This document shows, in pieces, positions 61,494 through 64,000 of a stretch of 64,000 nt of DNA (position 1 is its first letter; every line of letters starts with the position of its first letter). The position numbers and the translations under genes were made by a program. The stretch covers positions 91,868 through 155,867 of the forward strand of contig DF237138.1 in assembly GCA_000708835.1 (NCBI GenBank), given 5' to 3'. The notes beneath the pieces are model-generated. The model was given only the letters and a program-made list of their open reading frames with translations, was not told where the DNA came from and ran no database searches. The DNA comes from Klebsormidium nitens. Its lineage: Eukaryota > Plantae > Klebsormidiophyceae.

Positions 61494-63751
61494 ATGGCAT
61501 TGTCCACATTGTCACCTCGCGGTAGAGCAATGGCTGACGCATCAGGCGCTGCAGCTGCGGAAGTAGCTGAGGTCTCTTACACCGGCACTGCCTTGGAGCC
61601 AGTCATTCAAGCAATCAAGCAAAAGATTGGAGGCAAGGAGTCCTGTGAGACTTACATCTTCGAAGCTCCCAACCCCACCATCTCCCCAAAAGAGAAGTCA
61701 GGTCCTTCCTCCTCTCGTTTCAATCCACCCTCAGTGGACCTTTTCAAAGCATGGGGCTGTACCATAATTGTCCTTTCTTGGCAAACCTTCTTCAAGGATC
61801 ATGTTCCTGAAAAATTCAAATGTGTCAAGGGTTGCGGCAAGTTTACAGTGGTACGGAACGGCTGGTACGCTAAGTTGGTGAGCCTGGTGTTGGGGCTTCA
61901 TCGACCGCTCTTCATTCTCTCCCAGGACTACCGCTGCAAGGACTGCCACGCAAAACTTGATGGGAAGGGGGGGTTTGGTAGCACGCTTTACCTAGCTCAC
62001 AAGGAAGAGATTCGAGCTCAGCTGCGTCCTTTCATCCTGCACCAACTGCCCATTGGCTTCTCAGAGACATGTGTGCCCGTCGAGCGCAGCTTGCTGGACT
62101 TGTTAGAGATCTTGGCGCCTGAAGCGATTGGCTTCCCTCGCATTGCACGGCTTGTGAAAGAGCTGCACACGCTGGCTGAGAAACGCAGGGAGCTCGTGTA
62201 CTATGACTACCAACTAGAGTTGAAAGCAAAGCGGGCAGAGGACGAGGTCAAGCGGCAGAAAGGCATTGGGAAGTTCTTCCAAGCTAGTGTTCAACAAGCT
62301 GGGAGTGGGGCTGCCGAGCAGCCAGTGCAAGCTTGGGCAATGGGGAAGCGTGTCCCTGACTGGGTTGCTGGATCAGCACTCTTGTCATCCCTGTTCTTGC
62401 AGCAAGCTGCCGCAAAGATGCCCGAGTATAGCAGGCAGATGGCACTCGTGAGAGGGGAGTGTGTGGGGATGGACCATTTTCACAAGCTCATGCGCAGAAT
62501 CAGGTGAACAACAGAACACCATCTGTATCAATTGATATCATAGTGTAGGAAACAGCTGGCCAATCTGCTATGTTTAAGCCTTCTGTGCTTTAGTGACCAG
62601 ATAATGCACTCTCCTCTGTTGCTGTTGCAAGCCTCTGAGGTTTGGCAGGCAGCCGGTCTCAGGCTGCAACTTGATACTGTCTTTTGTTGGTTCTCGCTGG
62701 TGTTACTCCCGTTTTGACTGCGTTTGTTTGTGTCTCACAGGGGTATGGAGGGCCAGCGTGTTCTTGATGCCACTCTCACCATGATGACGGAGACCGGGGA
62801 GGTGGCGACTAGTCTTTGGACGCACAACGCCTCGCTCGAAGTTGTCAGAGACAACCTTCATCAAATCCATGAGCGCATGGTGCTGCTGGGCCGCGCGGTA
62901 AGTCCTTACGACTGCCTCACTTCCATCAATGCAATGTTCCCCTGACCTTGATCAGAAGCCAATTCTTAACATACTCTTCTCCAGCGGCAAAGTCTGATCA
63001 TGCAAAAGTTGCTGCTCAGGACTCTTGTTTTCAAATCTTGCATCCCAAGACCTGAGGAACTTGCACAGATGGGCGTGTTCTGCTATTACCCGCTCATTTT
63101 GCAGAAGTCAGCACTGAGCATTTTCACTTCTTTCTTGCAGCCCCGACTGCTGTTCTGTGACTGGCCTGAGGTCATGGGCCCCTTCTTCAAGGACCTGTGG
63201 CCGTGTCTGGAGGTCTACCTTATGGACATTCTTCACGCGATCATGCGCGTGACAAAGCACATCCCCGATGACCATCCTTTTCGAGGTGACATGATTTACC
63301 TTATTTGGATCTGATCCATTCCATGGCACCTCCTTTGTATTCTTCAAGCCAGCAGATGAAACATTGACTGGTCACAGGTCACTGTGTCTGATAGCGAAGG
63401 GCTTCGATTGGTGCAGGAAGGAAAGATCCGATGATTGGTTGGTGTTCTCCAACGGTGGGTTAGTGTTAAACCGAAAAATGTGTCAAATGCTTCCAAGTCT
63501 GCCTTGGTGAGAGCCTGCCGAACGTAGCTTGAACTGCTGCAAAGTGTTGATTGGCCTCTTCTTCCTGGCCAGGTTGGTTCCAGGGGAAACTGAGTGAGGC
63601 TATCTTCATCAAGAATCAAGCCGATCTGGTTGACATCATCAAGGAGCTCGACATCAAGGGGAAGACACTTGCGGATAAGGCAGGAAAGAATGCGCTGAGA
63701 AGGTGCCGCAAGTCTGTGCCGCCCCCCGAGGTCCTGTTGGCTCGACTTCAG
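61494..63751 (+). mobile_element. Spliced DDE/RNase H-like transposase gene (DUF6729-like N-terminus, Mutator-related by inference); probably continues past the window
   Basis: Exons 61494-62503, 62741-62897, 63141-63285, 63573-63751 join in frame. Cys pairs KCVKGC and YRCKDC; candidate catalytic D in GMDHFHK and in LFCDWP; D-x-x-H motif DILH; HPFRGWFQGKLSEAIF. Family assignment is from recalled motif patterns, not a search. Confidence 0.6.
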
Positions 63752-64000
63752 GTATGCACACTTCCTGAGGATCTAAATTGATGATCCTCTGTGGGTCTGT
63801 GGGTCACTTTTCTGAATCACCTCAGCTTATCTTCAGTAGATGCGGTTGGTGCACATAACGCTCAGGCCCGGAGCCTCAGAGATCAACCTTCTTTGCGCCG
63901 AAGAGCAGGTAACTTACGCTTGAAAAGGATTCATTTTGATAGTATGTTGCCATGCGGTTTGCAAGAGCTTGGAAAAGCGGCCTCTGTGAAAGCGAACCTG

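Overview
Intron-rich, GC-rich eukaryotic nuclear DNA. The gene set (plant-type KIN10A/PAKRP2 kinesin, group IIb WRKY with a V-type intron, GH17+X8 glucanase, ACT-less Phe hydroxylase) points to a streptophyte alga such as Klebsormidium; this is inferred from gene content, not from a search. Hand-spliced GT-AG models give: a DEAD-box helicase (+, both ends unresolved), a GPI-type GH17/X8 beta-1,3-glucanase (-), kinesin-10A (+), a TPR+DUF4470-like gene with an in-frame TAA and a frameshift (-), a WRKY IIb factor (+), a ~1480-aa disordered protein with a C-terminal PH-like domain (+), phenylalanine hydroxylase (-) and a spliced DDE-type transposase running off the right end (+). The most striking unexplained structure is a set of about 20 decayed intronic 'exon-edge echoes' in six genes. 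These are direct copies of an exon end plus its splice site, lying next to the exon they copy and often stacked in ladders. Two of them sit against telomere-like repeats that form the new 3' splice region. Also notable: two 9-bp-TSD MITEs with the same geometry and core but a different, concertedly changed 8-bp arm motif; armless copies of that core, one upstream of the transposase; and a head-to-tail, permuted-looking tRNA-Leu-like sequence inside a glucanase intron.
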